Made by a program: the position numbers and the translations under genes. A DNA stretch of 63,980 nt, counting the filler, from Folioceros fuciformis (Eukaryota): NCBI GenBank assembly GCA_049999805.1. It is 7 parts of 7 records of this genome, joined end to end, with 100 filler letters (N's around TTAATTAATTAA, not from the genome) between each part and the next. Parts side by side here need not be neighbours in the genome. Positions count along the whole stretch, not along the records: positions 20,379 to 41,980 come from JBNGIO010001585.1; 6 more parts are not named here. One strand, written 5' to 3'. A model generated the notes under the pieces. That model was not told the DNA's origin. It ran no database searches and worked only from the letters and a program-made list of their open reading frames with translations. Below are positions 27,462 to 39,270 of the stretch, in pieces (position 1 is the stretch's first letter; each line of letters begins with the position of its first letter).

Positions 27462-27984
27462 CGGGCATTCTCGTAGAATACGTCATCTTTTTAGCAGCCT
27501 AACTACTTAGGTCCTCTTGTACAAGATCCTTGCTTTTTTAAGTCTGTAGGAATCATTATCAGTTGTCACATGTTACAACATTCGTCGGCCACTTCCCCAT
27601 TCCAACAAGGGACAACGACCAACTCAAAACCTATTGGTGACCCGCAATGAGGTACTGTCACACTTGACACCTTCTCTGAAAGTCCGAATCAGCATACCAC
27701 TATCATCTAGGGAATCTCCTGGAAAATTTCAGAGAATTCTTCACTCAGCACGCCATGAGGTCATGTCACCCTTCCCTCCCATATTTCTGCTATAGACATA
27801 GGGGCTGCACTAACCTGTAAAAATGACCTCAGCGCGGAATTCACCAGCATAAACGAGCTGGGCATCCACGGTACTAAGCTCTTACAGCTTGGCGAGCAGG
27901 CCCCCTTCTCCAAAAGCTTGACAATCAGGCTGCCCAGATTGACTGGAAAGAATTGAAACGTCTCCCTAGCTCATGTCAGTACTA

Positions 27985-30900
27985 TCACATATAGTAGAGA
28001 GGTGGCCCACCACCTTGAGATGGTTGCATCACAGATCCAGAAGGGGGCATGTGCATAAGTTGGTGGCTATAAGCGGCAGGCATTGAATGACCTGGGGGAG
28101 GGCCAAGATGAGGGCTGTTAGGCAGAATGCCAGCATTCATGTGACCACCAAGCGGTGGCCCTCCCATGGAAGACGGTGGCCCAGCACCAGGGGGAGGATA
28201 GTGAGGCCCATGCACTCCTCCCATCTGGTTCATCAGGTGACCAGGGGGACCACCTTGAGGAGCAGGCCCTCCACTGTGCGGGGGCCCCATGTACATTGGA
28301 TTCGGCATGGGTCCCACCAGCTGTGGACCAGGAACGATGTTAGACGTAGCTTGACCTTTCGAGGCATGCTCATACTCCCACGATGGCATCTGCTGATGAG
28401 CCACCCCACCATCACTCTGGGAGGATCGCACAGTCTCTCCAATGTACTGGCTCCCATTGCATGATGCAACTGTTGTTGAGTTCACTTGGACACTATCACC
28501 TGAGATCGGACTGGCTGATGCAGTTGGTGCTTGGCCCAGCACTGCAGGCTGGTTCACAGGAAGCCCTGGGTTCGTATAATCCCGACTCCGTTCGTTATTC
28601 ACCTGAAGGTAAGCAACACAAACCGGATACCCACTACGAAGTCAGAATTCTGGGCATGCCAAATAGTCAGGATATAGGTTCATAGGTTCGAGATAACCTA
28701 TCTGGCCGGTCAACCTGCCTATCCTACCATTCTAATTTACCAAAGAACAATACCTTTACATTGAGGTCAGTGTGTCGGGAGTACGAAAGATGAAGCTTGC
28801 AGAAGCCCCCGTCGTATATGCAGTGACCCTCGAGAGCGTCTTTTGCTGCTACTGCAGTAGGTACATCTGGAAAGAGTACCCCAAGTCCATGAAGCACAAA
28901 AGACTAGAAGCCAGCTCCACAAACTGGCTTATTGCAGCACTGCTGCTGTTGCATTCCTCGCGACAACCAGGTTGTCTCTAACCCCTGGATATGTCAACAG
29001 CACATTCTCAAACTAAACACAATATATGCAACATACCTGGATACTGGACCAAGGCTTGAAAACCTGCACTCTTTTCAAAAATCGCAATCTTTTGAACAGT
29101 TCCAAATGCAGAAAACACCTGTCATCCACGCAACGAAATGAGGAACTACATAAACAGAACCAATAACTGTCAAGTGACCACAATACACAGCATGTACCGT
29201 GTGCAAGACGTCAATGGTAACAGCATATTGCATATTCTCTATAGACACGAGAAGGACGTTGCTTTCTGGTTCCCTACGCTTGCCGTCTGGGCCAATGCCG
29301 AATTGCTGGACAACCAGGGATAGTGTCAGGAAATGTTTTTCAAATGACGTTTGCCAAGAGAAGAGAATTCGGAGCAGGAGCAAGGAATTCGGAGCAGGAG
29401 CAAGAACAAACAGACCTGACCACTACCATCAATAGCTGAAGGTGCCACGGGAAGATACGGGTTTGTGTAATCCCTGGAGGACAAAAACAACACGCAGGCT
29501 GAGGTCTCAGTTGATAAGTTACCGCAGCAGCAAACCAAAATGCTGGGAGGCTACTGCTACAAGCAAAGACAAGCCGTGATTCACCATGTACCTGCTTCGA
29601 TGACTCTGAAACTTCACATTCAGATCATTGTGTGCCGAAAATGAAATGCGAAGATGACAAGGTCCCACATGGTCTGGAAGAAGATACCTGCCGTACATGC
29701 ATAAGTTCACCCATAAGTCCTTGAAAGACAGCACGCTAGTGATACAAGGGCAAATGACTGGTCTCCACCATGTGCTATTGATGCCTCAACATTGCTGTTA
29801 CCTTGGAATGCTCCTTCCCTCAAGGGCTGATTTTGCAGATGATGCTGTGTTGGCATCGCTAAATTGCACAAGGGCCTGAGGTACAGTCACAACTTTTACC
29901 TATAAAACAGACTTATGATATACATGTCCCTGAGCTTCGAAAAAAGTGGAATAATTGAAAAGATAGCACAAAAATTTAAAACGAAGGAAGCCTCAGAATC
30001 AGTCAATTGACAACACAAAAAAACTTGGAGCTCACCTGAAAACCAGCACTTTTCTCAAAAGTTGCGATCTTATGCACAAAACCAAATGCTGAAAACACCT
30101 GCACACCACCACGATAGGCAAGTTCTTACTCTGCCTCAAACGCCATGTAATAAAATAATTTTGTTGGTGACTATCCAAGCCAGTGCACACAAGCACGAAG
30201 CACTTATGGACGCAGCACCTACAAACGCCACATTCGCATGCAATGCCCTCGATCCTTTAGAATGCATGCACACAGCAAACTTTCTATCCAGAACCCTAGG
30301 ATTGATCTGCTTCCTAGATACCAAAGAAGAAAGCTACACAGCAATGAACAATACTTCAAACAAAAACAAGCCAGAACCTAACCTTCCACAAACAAATAGC
30401 TGAAAACAAGATTGAAGTTCCGACAGACATCCACTATTATAAGACCTAAATCTATGTAAATGGCTGCTCTCTTATGAAACTCTGAACGCAAACGCCACTG
30501 AGGCAGAAAACAAGCATCACAGCTAGAGGCATCCTGTTGAAAGGATCAGTAAACTGAGGCCTCTGTTGGAACCACAGTGTTCAAGCCTCAAAACCTATAA
30601 GAAGTTGCACAACGTCAGCCTTTTAACAGAGCGGCATGAAAGCTACAAGGGTTCTTGGGTAAAAGATGAAAGATGAAAGATCACTGAGATGAGTCCACAT
30701 CAATCTCAAGTCATCAGGTGGTAGGGTTAGGAGGAGGAGGGTCAGAGGCAAGGTTAGGCAAGGGGAGGAAAACAAACACACATTCGCTTTCTCCCATGCA
30801 GCAGGCTGCCATCGAAGATGTGGCCGTCACATGGACCTGCTGATCCATGTAGCTTTAAGTCAAACACAAACCATGCGTCAAGCAAAACCCCTTGAAGTAA

Positions 30901-31685
30901 CTGAAATTCAGAAAAGAAACCACGTAAAGAGAGCCTTAATGACTGATCCATCTTCATTGTACTACAGCTAACGACAATGAGGAACATGCATAGAGTGGTG
31001 ATCCAGTGTCACACCTGGAAACCGAATTAATCCTGAACCCACTTTTCGACTGCCATCACCGGAATTTTTCTGACTAACTGAAATAGGAGGCTTTGACTTA
31101 CCAGATGCAAGACATCAATGCTAACATCGCCAGCCTCAACACCCTCAATGGTCACCAGGAGAACATTGCTGGCAACATCTCCGGAATTTTTGCTAGTGAC
31201 GATCTCCTGCCTGTTTGAATACTGCAAATATACAGTTTTCCCTCGAACTTGGGCTGGTTCTGAAGAAGACGCGTAGTAAGATACCATGGCAATTGCTTGG
31301 TTGAGATCAGCCTGCAAAAAAAAAAAAAAAGGCACAAAAAAACTGAAAAGAGCGTTCCAGAACGGGGAAGAGCTGAGCTGCCTCACGCAGCGGTGGGGAG
31401 CGTCAGTTGGAGGAGACAAAAGAGGGCATGACACCTAAGCATCGTAAACCATCATCAATCGTGCCAAGAAACCGAGAAGGAGAAACAAACAAAACTTACG
31501 AACTCAACGAAAGCTTGGTTATGGTTGGCTCCAACATTGACTTTGGTGTTGACAACCTTGCCAAAAGGCTTACACAGCTCTATTAACTCCTCCTCGCTGC
31601 ACTCCCACGGTAAATTCCGCACATGAAGAACCTTGGACGGCGGCTGGGTGTAGCGAAACTGCGGCTGCCCCAATGCAGACGACAT
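27985..31685 (-). CDS. PTB: Polypyrimidine tract-binding protein (plant PTB1/2 type), multi-exon
   Basis: MSSALGQPQFRYTQPPSKVLHVRNLPWEC; VRGKTVYLQYSNRQEI; SNVLLVSIENMQYAVTIDVLH; SRDYTNP; Pro/Gly-rich tail ending PLYYM*. Confidence 0.95.
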
Positions 31686-32875
31686 GCTGCCAGTGGCAAG
31701 TCCACTGCTCTACGATGCTCGACGACCGGGTTTCCAGCCGGCGCGCGTCGGAATCGGCCGGTTGCTCCTTCCTCTTAAGTACTGCAAATTTGTGAAGTCA
31801 GAAAAGAGGCTGGACGTCGACAAGAGTGGGCCGACCGACCAAGGTCCAAGGCTGAAAGCTCCACCTCGGTGCTCTCCGGCCGCTACTCTGACCTCAGCTC
31901 TGCCACTTTCCAGATCCCTCACCTTCCTGATCCCTGCTCCGAGCAGCAGAGGGCTGTGTGGGTTGGTCGCTGAAAGGGTATTCTTTGAAGTCGCTTCTGC
32001 GTTACCTAAACTCTCGCAGGGAGAGAGGCACTTAACCAAACCATATCCTAAATTACATGCTACTTTAAATCCTTTTGGTGTTAGCTGCCGAGCAGGATAT
32101 CGATAACCTTTGTGCCTAACTAGTTAGTTTAGCTTCTTCTTTTTTAAATGAAAAGGAAATGTTCTCAGCCATAGAATTACCCAAGCCCACGATTGCTGGC
32201 CATCAATCAAAGAAAATGAACATGGCCATTTTGCAAACAAGCCAGGCCATGAAGATGCAATGTTGCAAAAAAGATGAAGGATGAAGATGACATTGCTCAA
32301 AGCAAGCAAGCAAGATGACATGTTATTTTGTAGTATTTTGATGGTGAGGCTCATGCTTCTAGTTTCTTTGCTAGTTGACCATGCGTTGTTAGCAGCTTTT
32401 GCTATCATTGTGAAGGTAGATTGAACATTTAACACCCTTCTTGTCCTCCTCCTAAGAAATAAGAGCGGGATCCTTCTCTCAAGAAATAAAAGTGAGAACA
32501 TTGTTACGAACTCAAATTTTAAAAATAAAGTTTTTGTAAATATCGTATCCAAAGGCTTGAAAAAAGTACATGAAAATAAATTGTGGATCCTCATGCATAT
32601 AATAATCAGTAGAACCATGAACAATAGCTTTGCAAATGTAAGGAACTATTGGTAATTGAGCGGATGAGACTGCGATGAGATTTAGGCTTCAAATCTTATA
32701 TTGATAGCGGATTCAGTCTTCAGATTTTACATTGACAGCGGATTCAGACTTCAATTCTTTGGGTTAGCTGATGAAGTAACTTGTACTTGTTTGGGTATGT
32801 GTTTTGTTTTGGATTGTGAGCATTATTAAGTTTCCTATTTTGGCTTTCATAGGCTTGCTAAACTTTTCTGCACAA

Positions 32876-33095
32876 CTAAGGTACCACTGTGCTCTAAACA
32901 ATAGTCTTTAGTTTGCTAAGGTGTCAACATGCTCTTCACAATAAGCTTTAGTTTGCTAAGATAGCAGTATGTTCTAAAAACAATAGGTTTTAGTTTGCTA
33001 AGGTATCAACATGCTCTTCACAATAGGCTTTAGTTTGCTGATGTACTAGTATGCTCTAAACAACAGGCTTTAACTTGCTAAGGTACCAATATGCC
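32876..33095. repeat. About 40-bp tandem repeat (about 5.5 copies) spanning the ABCG26 stop codon
   Basis: Units CTAAGGTA(c/t)CA..ATGCTCT..ACAATAGGCTTTAGTTTG, with alternating variants. Confidence 0.9.
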
Positions 33096-36000
33096 ATTAC
33101 CCTATATACCACCACCATCAGCAGAAGAACCCAAGCTTGGAAGAACCCACCGGCAAGGCCAATGTGATGAAAAGAAGGTGCTTGTTGGAGGCTACACTTT
33201 GCTGTAGGTGAACAATGGTAGGTTTGTTGAGCTGAGTATTGAACTTTGACCAATAATCGAAAACTGTAGAAGATGAAAGAGATGTACTTAAACCATGCAA
33301 TGAATTTTGGGATGTGCTGGACATATACAGCGAACAATTTATTAGTGCAGTATTCCTACATAAACCCCTCGCAATATCCAAGGATCATGAAATCTTTTCA
33401 GAAGGGAAAGACGACCAATGATTTGAAGTTGTACCTGAACGTAGAACCCTCCCGTGAGCATCATGACAAGTAAGGTAAGGGAGGCCACTATTGATGACTT
33501 CTTCATGTCCATGACACACGCGCCTATGAACTCTCCAATGCCCTGACAAGAACCACATCTATCAGCAAGCGGGGAGAATAACAATAGTAATGGAATCCCG
33601 TGTGTGCGGTACGGGGTGTTTCAAATGGGCTGTTCTAACCTGGCCAGTAGCATTGATAAGGTAGATGGTGAGAATGGTCAGAAAGAAGGGACCCGGTGTG
33701 CCGTGAAGGCCCACCATGAAATATACGACGCAAATAAAAATGGTTGGGTACACCAACTGAGAAAAGAAGTCACATAGTGTGCTGCTCACGTAATAAGCAC
33801 TGAGCCTGTACATGTCAGCTGCCCTCTCCTTCACGAGGTACGCTCGCTCTAGTGGAAACGTAGAAACTGTGATGAATATTGCAAAGGATGACCAGTAAAT
33901 GACCATATAGAACATGAGCCCCACCTGCATGGGTCCGTGGGATCGTGAGTTAGCACGTTCAGAGGGCAAGCATCAGATAAGCGTTCAGCACTATGTTAAG
34001 CGTACCTCATCCTGGATGTGCTCTGGCGTGTCCAATTTAGATTTCCACCACAGGAGACCTAAGAGGATTGCCGTTCCCACAGTCTGAGCCAGGCGGAGAA
34101 CCGTAAAGTAGTCTGTATACCTCTCCTTGAAGGTGCGGTTTCCAAGGATGAGAAACTGCTCCCACCATGAAGACGTCCACTGTCTCTTCTCGCAAATTCC
34201 AGCCGTTTCATCTTCAGAAATTTGTGGCAGACTCTGCAACTTGGTCCTTTCCCTCGGCTCAAGCTCTGTTATGTACATGGTCCTTAGGTACTGGGCATAG
34301 CATCGCATAGCATTGTTCAGCAAAAACTGTGTGTCAATCTCATCTGAAGTCGGTAACGGAAGGCTTTGTAGGTAGTAGCTGATGATACCTTCAGAATCTT
34401 GGGCTGCATATCTTCGTCCTCTTGCTTATGTATGGATTGAAATTTTCCTTCCGGTTTCCCATTGAAAATTTCAATGCCTGGGTGCAGTGCAGGCTGTTCA
34501 CCATCCTTCACCACTGTGGTCTTGGTGCTTAATTCTTCCGGGACTGAGATGTCGTGCCTTATGCCGGTTGCCAGATCCAACAAAAAATCCGCTGGATTCA
34601 TGGCAAGCTCTGGTACAAATCCCACAGAAGCAAAATACTTCGTGGCCTCCTTTGCTTCTCCGGAATAGAGATTGTGCCCTTCTGACAGAAGAATGAGCTT
34701 ATCGAACAAGTGGAACATCCTGCTGGATGGCTGATGGATGGTGGTCACTATGCTTCTCCCGGCCTGCAGGTGGAGACTGTAATGCCTGCACTGTACAGAT
34801 TGATGGTGCTTCTCTTAAAGACCATACTGAGTCTAACGTACCTGTGCAGTTTTCTGGAGCACTTGGAGGATTCTGAGTGCAGTGGTAGAATCCAAGCCTG
34901 AAGTAGGCTCGTCCAAGAACAACAAGGACGGGTCCACCAATATCTCGAAACCGATGCTTGTGCGCTTCCTCTCACCTCCTGACACTCCACGTCTCCATGG
35001 GCCACCCACTATTGTGTTCTGACACCTGGTTTTAGCAAGAGTTCGGTAGTGCTCAGGCATCAAATGACAGCCCCTTATCCACCACCATCCTGTAGTTACT
35101 TACCTCTCAAGTCCGAGTTCTCTCAGAACAGTCTCAGCCCGTTGAATTTTTTGCTTTTTAGACATACTGGCCGGCAATCTCAGCAGTGCTGCGAACACGA
35201 GAGTTTCCTTGACTGTCAAATGTGGAAATAGAACATCATCCTGTGTCACAAATCCAATCCTGCAAGATGAACGTTCAAGTAAGCAAAGTCAGGAGCCAAG
35301 TCTTGGAATTCGGAGTACCAGCAATTTTCCTACGCGCGCAAAAGAAAAAACCAAAGCAGTGTTGTGTTGAACCTTCTCTTGAGAGCTGTCGAGTATGGCA
35401 CGTTATTGTATGTCACACTGCCAGTAACAGCATCGGTGGTCAAGCGGCCACCCAGGATGTTGAGCATGGTGGTCTTGCCACTGCCCGACGGGCCCATCAT
35501 AGCGAGAATCTCTCCAGGGGCTACGGAACCAGTGATGCCGTTCAGAAGATGTTTCCTGGCCAGGCTGCTCCCAACTTTGGACATCGCTTTCCTGGCATTC
35601 CATGATCTTGTACCAGGCGGACTCCTGGGTTGCACACTGTACTCTACGTTCTCGAACTGCAATGAATTCAGAAGCTGTCAGGAGAGCCGAGATCTACAGA
35701 ACTTACACGACCACCCTCACGATGCAGATAATCTTTTGTAACATCTGGAACCTTGAGGAAAATCGGAAGAGGTGGATTGCTGGGGGGATCCATCTCTTCC
35801 CCTGGCTGACTGTCCAAAGGCTCGATGGGGATGGCCACATCTTGTCCTCGCCCGCCATGAGCCATGTCTGACTCCAGCTTCTCTCGGACTGCAACAAATT
35901 TAAAGCCTCCGTGAAACTGCAAACATCTTCAGAAAGACGATGGTGATTAAGTCTTGTCACCTGATCTGCTATGGGAGAATGAAGTTGCCGACTCCGGCAC

Positions 36001-36213
36001 TTGAGCAGAGAATGACAGGGCAAAGGCAGAACGCATGCCTGTCTCCTCCTCGACTATGCCTTCCTCCGATTTACCAGCGCCGTCATCTACGAAGAGAGGA
36101 TTGGGAACATTCCTAACCAATATGTTGTCCTCCGAGCTCCGGAAACTAGTGTACTTCCTCCCAATAACTGCGTGTCCTCTGGTATCTTGTCGATGATCCT
36201 TGCTTGTTGCCAT
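33056..36213 (-). CDS. ABCG26: Half-size ABCG transporter, ABCG26-like; start codon uncertain
   Basis: [14 protein letters not shown]; Walker [10 protein letters not shown]; signature VSGGERKR; Walker [69 protein letters not shown]. Collinear with recalled Arabidopsis ABCG26. Confidence 0.9.
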
Positions 36214-37653
36214 GACAAATCTGTCAAGATAATACGGGTGGCTTGTTCGTTCGTCTGGTGACGGAGAGCGGTCGACGCATGGAAAGACTGATTCACTGGT
36301 GGGACATGATCATGTCCAGCTGAATCCAACCCGATTTACGCCAGGCTTGGAGCCTGTTCACGAGCTACAACCTGCATCAATTGACTTGAAGAAGGCTGCA
36401 CGCAGATTCTTGGCCGGTGCCTGTGTGTGCGTGTTCGCCATACATCCCTGCGTGAATTGTACAGCATGTTACAATTGCAGGATTGGAACATGCAGACCAA
36501 GATCAAAGCAATACGGTGCATCACATTTGTAACGTAAACACAGGCGAACGCGCAAGTGATACCTTAAGATATGATACAACGACCTGCGTCGCAAGAAACC
36601 TTCCGGGATGAGAGCTACGCAAATTTCAAGCAATGTATGATACTAAAATGGTACAGGAGTCCCACACCGCAGAACCTTGTTAAGGACTAGTTTGTAGACC
36701 ATTGATCCCGACGAGTGTTTACTTGAATCCACCATTGTCACGACCGAGAGGAGGGAATCTTGGAGGTACGCAAACTCGACGGTCTTCACTCCGTACTAGG
36801 CCCGAGATGGACATGGTGTCATCGATGTCGTGGAGAAGCGCAATTACGAGGATGCATCATATTCATGTCCAGTGGACCATTGCAAAGCGAGGACGAGGGA
36901 CGAGCTGATCGAGAGCTGCAGTTAAAGGGAGCATGAAGAATGGCCAACTCCAGCGCACGTCTCCGAGCTGTACCGGCCACATTTCATGCAGCTGTTGTAG
37001 GTAGCGGGCCTCAAGAAGGTGGTGCAGAGCACAAGGGGCATGATCATTGTCGCCGTATTGAACGTGCTGGACAGAGTGTCGTTGTTGTAACTCGTGATGG
37101 GAGGGGGGAGGCAGGTGGATGTCACCGTAGTCAAGGAATTGGTGTGTTGTGAGCTCTGACTGTCATCCCACACCTACACATGCGCACTCAGCACCTCATT
37201 GCAAGTTTGTGCTGGAGGACGTCTGATCCGTGCTCAGTGTTGCTATCCTTGACCACCGCGGCAGCGTCAATCTCAGCACCTGATTCTGTACGTAAGTGTG
37301 GAGAGATTGTGGAATTCGCCCTACGAATGCGCACCAGGAATGTGATGGTGCTTCTTGATTCTGATCGCTCTGTAGCCACCAGACGCGTGGTTTACCGACC
37401 GGTCTCGTTTTCGCGGGATTTGACGGGCATGGATGGCGTCTTGCTCCACTATCTATCTATGCGCCTTGTTGTTTATTATACACGTCTACTGATTAAGGGC
37501 TGAAATATCGCTTGTCAGGGAAAGAAGCATCGCAAGCGCTGCTTCAGTCCACGGAGCCTGGTTTGGCTGCTGGATACTTCCAACTCCGACCTTGAAGCAA
37601 GTCATTCATTATGCAGTTCTAATAACTTGAGAATTCCACGGGAAATCAGCTCG

Positions 37654-37866
37654 AGGGTTTAGGGTTTAGGGCTATATCAATTGCGATGTGTTCTATGGAT
37701 TCCGTTTATGGACGGGTTTTACTACTTCGTGAATGGAAGATGAGGTTATTAACCATCGTCGAGTTCCAAACTATGTACAACATAGGTAGCGTTCCTTGGT
37801 ATGGCATCCTCGGAGTTTCCAGAAAAGGGCGGGGAGCCCTAACCCTAATGCCGCGTCTCGTATAAA
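37654..37866 (+). promoter_or_regulatory. Telo-box elements plus TATA box, putative promoter of the snoRNA cluster
   Basis: AGGGTTTAGGGTTTAGGG (about 37654), CCCTAACCCTAA (37837-37848) and TATAAA (37861). Telo-box plus TATA is typical of plant snoRNA and ribosome-biogenesis promoters. Confidence 0.55.
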
Positions 37867-37922
37867 GGTAGGTGTTCCTGACGTAGGAAGCAAGACTGGG
37901 AGCGTTGTCGTGAGGTGCGCGT

Positions 37923-38173
37923 TTACAGGTCATCGTGGCCCATGTTGGGAGGTAGGGTGGCTATGCCGGAAGGGCTTCCCGCTGGTGTTCCGTGATCCTG
38001 CTTGGTTGGTAACCACGTTTGACGGTGATGGATGGGACTGTGGCGCTCCACTTTTCTCTCTGGGCGCCTCAGTTCGATGTCACTGCTGTGAGCTTCACAG
38101 CGGATGAGGCATCGCAGTTGCCCGTGTGCTAAGGCATGTCGCTTGTTGGCAGATGGATGACGGTGGCCTGTAA
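37923..38173 (+). ncRNA. Candidate ~250-nt structured RNA of unknown family
   Basis: 14-bp closing helix TTACAGGTCATCGT/ACGGTGGCCTGTAA enclosing at least four hairpins (hand-folded). Confidence 0.4.
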
Positions 38174-38505
38174 CCCTAACCCTAGTCCGGGAGATGCGTG
38201 GTGAGGCCTTGCCCGCCTGCTGTGACAGTAGGCGACGGACCTGGAATTGGGCGGTAGCAAGAAGAGTCGTGCTGGTATGTGTGATGTGAGGCCGTTCTCT
38301 TTTTACAGTTGAATCTTGCCTGTGGTATCTAGTGACCACGAGCTGATTGCTGTGACTGGCCACCTCGTAAACAGGCGCAGAGCATGTGGCGGCTGCGACG
38401 CAGACTGGGTCGTTTGCCCTTTTTGTTACTTTCTGTGCTGCTAACACGTCCTCTGATGGGGTCAGTCAGCGTGATTTCGTGTCGAGTGGTTTTGTTTCCT
38501 GGTGT

Positions 38506-38623
38506 GGCCAATGATGATACCTAACCGAGCGTTAGTTGTGGTGGTGTACGAGACTTTGCGTTTGCAAAGAGAACCTTCTCGGTTTGCTACCACATTTCTG
38601 TGACGCATTCCTCTGTTGAGGCC
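38506..38623 (+). ncRNA. Candidate box C/D snoRNA with a long internal hairpin
   Basis: Terminal stem GGCC/GGCC, box C ATGATGA (38511), D'-like CCGA (38525), hairpin TGTGGTGGTG/TGCTACCACA, variant box D TTGA (38616). Confidence 0.45.
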
Positions 38624-38694
38624 TTCAGGAGACAGTAGTATTATTGAGGTAGGTATGTGTGTGCTCCTTTATAGTTGAGTTGAGTGTCGTGCCG

Positions 38695-38780
38695 AGAAAG
38701 GGATGACACACTGTCGCCCCAGTCCTAAAGCTGTCTAGACAGCTGGTGTGGACTCGACGATATTCGTACTGTCTGATTCT
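38695..38780 (+). ncRNA. Box C/D snoRNA, snR67/U31-like double guide for 25S rRNA
   Basis: Stem AGAA/TTCT, box C GGGATGA, box D CTGA (38773). Guide TGTCGCCCCAGTC is antisense to the LSU P-loop GGCTGGGGCGGCA. Guide TATTCGTACTG is antisense to LSU CAGTACGAATA. Confidence 0.85.
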
Positions 38781-38916
38781 AAACGCCAGTGCGCGGTAGG
38801 TATTTGGGATTAAGGTTTAATTGGTTGTGTGATAGAGCCAGTGAGTAGTAGTGGTATCCATCCATTGTTGTGAGATAGCGTTTTGGGTAGTGGTAGCAAG
38901 GTGGTGTCCGTCTTGT

Positions 38917-39036
38917 GGTCGGTGATGATAAACCTAAGGCTTGTTTCTCATAACATTCGCAGTTGCCGACCGAGAGTTTTCGCCCCGCCAGGCTTGAGAA
39001 CTGATGCGGTCAAAACTTCCTTGGATATCTGAGACC
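38917..39036 (+). ncRNA. U14: U14 box C/D snoRNA, copy a
   Basis: Stem GGTC/GACC, box C GTGATGA, domain A CATTCGCAGT, domain B TTCCTTGGAT, box D CTGA. Confidence 0.95.
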
Positions 39037-39146
39037 AATATCAAACACGAAAGTCAGTTGTAGGTGTGCCTTGTAGCAAAGACACACGGGGAACGGGTGG
39101 TAGCATTGCCCATTAGGATAGGACACGGGTATTGGGATGTGGTCTA

Positions 39147-39270
39147 GTCTTCGATGATGACAAACCTAAGGCTTGTTTCTCATAACATTCGCAGTTGCCG
39201 ACCGAGAGTTTTCGCCCTGCCAGGCTTGAGAACTGATGCGGCCACAACTTCCTTGGATATCTGAGAAGAC
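39147..39270 (+). ncRNA. U14: U14 box C/D snoRNA, copy b
   Basis: Stem GTCTTC/GAAGAC, box C ATGATGA, same domains A and B and box D. Near-identical to copy a but with a different terminal stem. Confidence 0.95.

Noticed and set aside
32124-32624. 166-aa AT-rich ORF between PTB and ABCG26
   Set aside because: No recognisable motif; could be a TE remnant or a chance ORF.
38172-38185. AACCCTAACCCTA next to a helix as a telomerase RNA template
   Set aside because: It would template TTAGGG rather than the usual plant TTTAGGG, and no USE lies at Pol III spacing before the TATA. Telo-boxes are expected at snoRNA loci. Revisit only if the species has TTAGGG telomeres.
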